This document shows positions 31,712 through 32,000 of a stretch of 32,000 bases of DNA, piece after piece. This DNA is from Candidatus Kuenenia stuttgartensis. GTDB taxonomy: Bacteria > Planctomycetota > Brocadiia > Brocadiales > Brocadiaceae. The notes under the pieces were generated by a model that saw nothing but the letters and a program-made list of their open reading frames with translations, was not told the origin of the DNA and did not search any database. The stretch spans positions 630,001-662,000 of the forward strand of contig NZ_LT934425.1 of the NCBI RefSeq assembly GCF_900232105.1, written 5' to 3'. The position numbers and the translations under genes were made by a program. The first letter of the stretch is position 1. Each line of letters opens with the position of its first letter.

Positions 31712-32000
31712 TTAGCGATTGAAATGACTTTTTGGAAGGGTAACTAAAAAAGCGCTGCCTTTTCCTATTGTGCTTTTTACTTCTATTTTTCCTTTATGAA
31801 GGTCTGCTATGTTTTTGCAAATACTTAATCCCAGGCCTACCCCTCCGGTATCCCTTGACCTTGAAGCATCTACACGAAAAAACCTGTCAAAAATCTTGTT
31901 ATGGTCATTTTCGGAAATCCCTATTCCGGAGTCCCTGATTGAAACAATAACTTCATTTTCCAAATCTTTCAGAGAAATGCAAATATTGCCTCCCGGGGAA
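31712..32000 (-). CDS. Sensor histidine kinase, C-terminal HATPase_c portion (5' part beyond the right window edge)
   Basis: The frame stays open to the window edge (..SPGGNICISLKDLENEVIVSIRDSGIGISENDHNKIFDRFFRVDASRSRDTGGVGLGLSICKNIADLHKGKIEVKS..GKGSAFLVTLP), showing G1, F and G2 boxes. Confidence 0.85.
   Translation of the reverse strand, partial: SPGGNICISLKDLENEVIVSIRDSGIGISENDHNKIFDRFFRVDASRSRDTGGVGLGLSICKNIADLHKGKIEVKSTIGKGSAFLVTLPKSHFNR

Overview
This is a chromosomal window from an AT-rich bacterium (about 40% GC by eye). The gene content and repeat load remind me of Planctomycetota or anammox-type genomes, but that is an unverified guess.

- **1-4.9 kb (minus strand):** flagellar basal-body genes fliE / fliF-fliG-fliH, with a 1.1-kb repeat-filled gap between fliE and fliF.
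- **5.3-8.3 kb:** two convergent orphan ORFs, then an intact IS1380-family element (6581-8296; 16-bp IRs, 5-bp TSD TGAAA).
- **8.6-18 kb:** a tyrA-purSL-purQ block (purL carries two tandem PurS-like modules), a stand-alone NuoE/NuoF-like flavoprotein pair, and an HD-GYP phosphodiesterase plus metallophosphoesterase pair.
- **18-27 kb (heat-shock island):** a PAS-containing sigma-54 enhancer-binding protein lies divergent from three tandem hsp20 genes, which sit behind a textbook -24/-12 promoter (TGGCAC-N5-TTGC, 19855-19869). A PsiE-like membrane protein follows. An intact IS1634-family element (22364-24341, 9-bp TSD) sits 3 bp upstream of a putative grpE-dnaK promoter, followed by grpE-dnaK.
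- **27-32 kb:** cbiB, a divergent EcfT/CbiQ-like membrane protein, a Cys-rich YkgJ-like ORF, a GT9 glycosyltransferase and the 3' end of a histidine kinase.

Almost every intergenic spacer, including spacers inside operons, carries hairpin or MITE-like dispersed repeats from at least five families. I saw no rRNA, tRNA or CRISPR array, and no recognisable defence island.

The best candidate for something under-described is the sigma-54/PAS-EBP-controlled sHSP module with Shine-Dalgarno-masking U-rich hairpins. After that come the repeat families and the orphan ORFs at 5.3-6.4 kb. Most short ORFs in the supplied track that lie antisense to long genes are treated as spurious.
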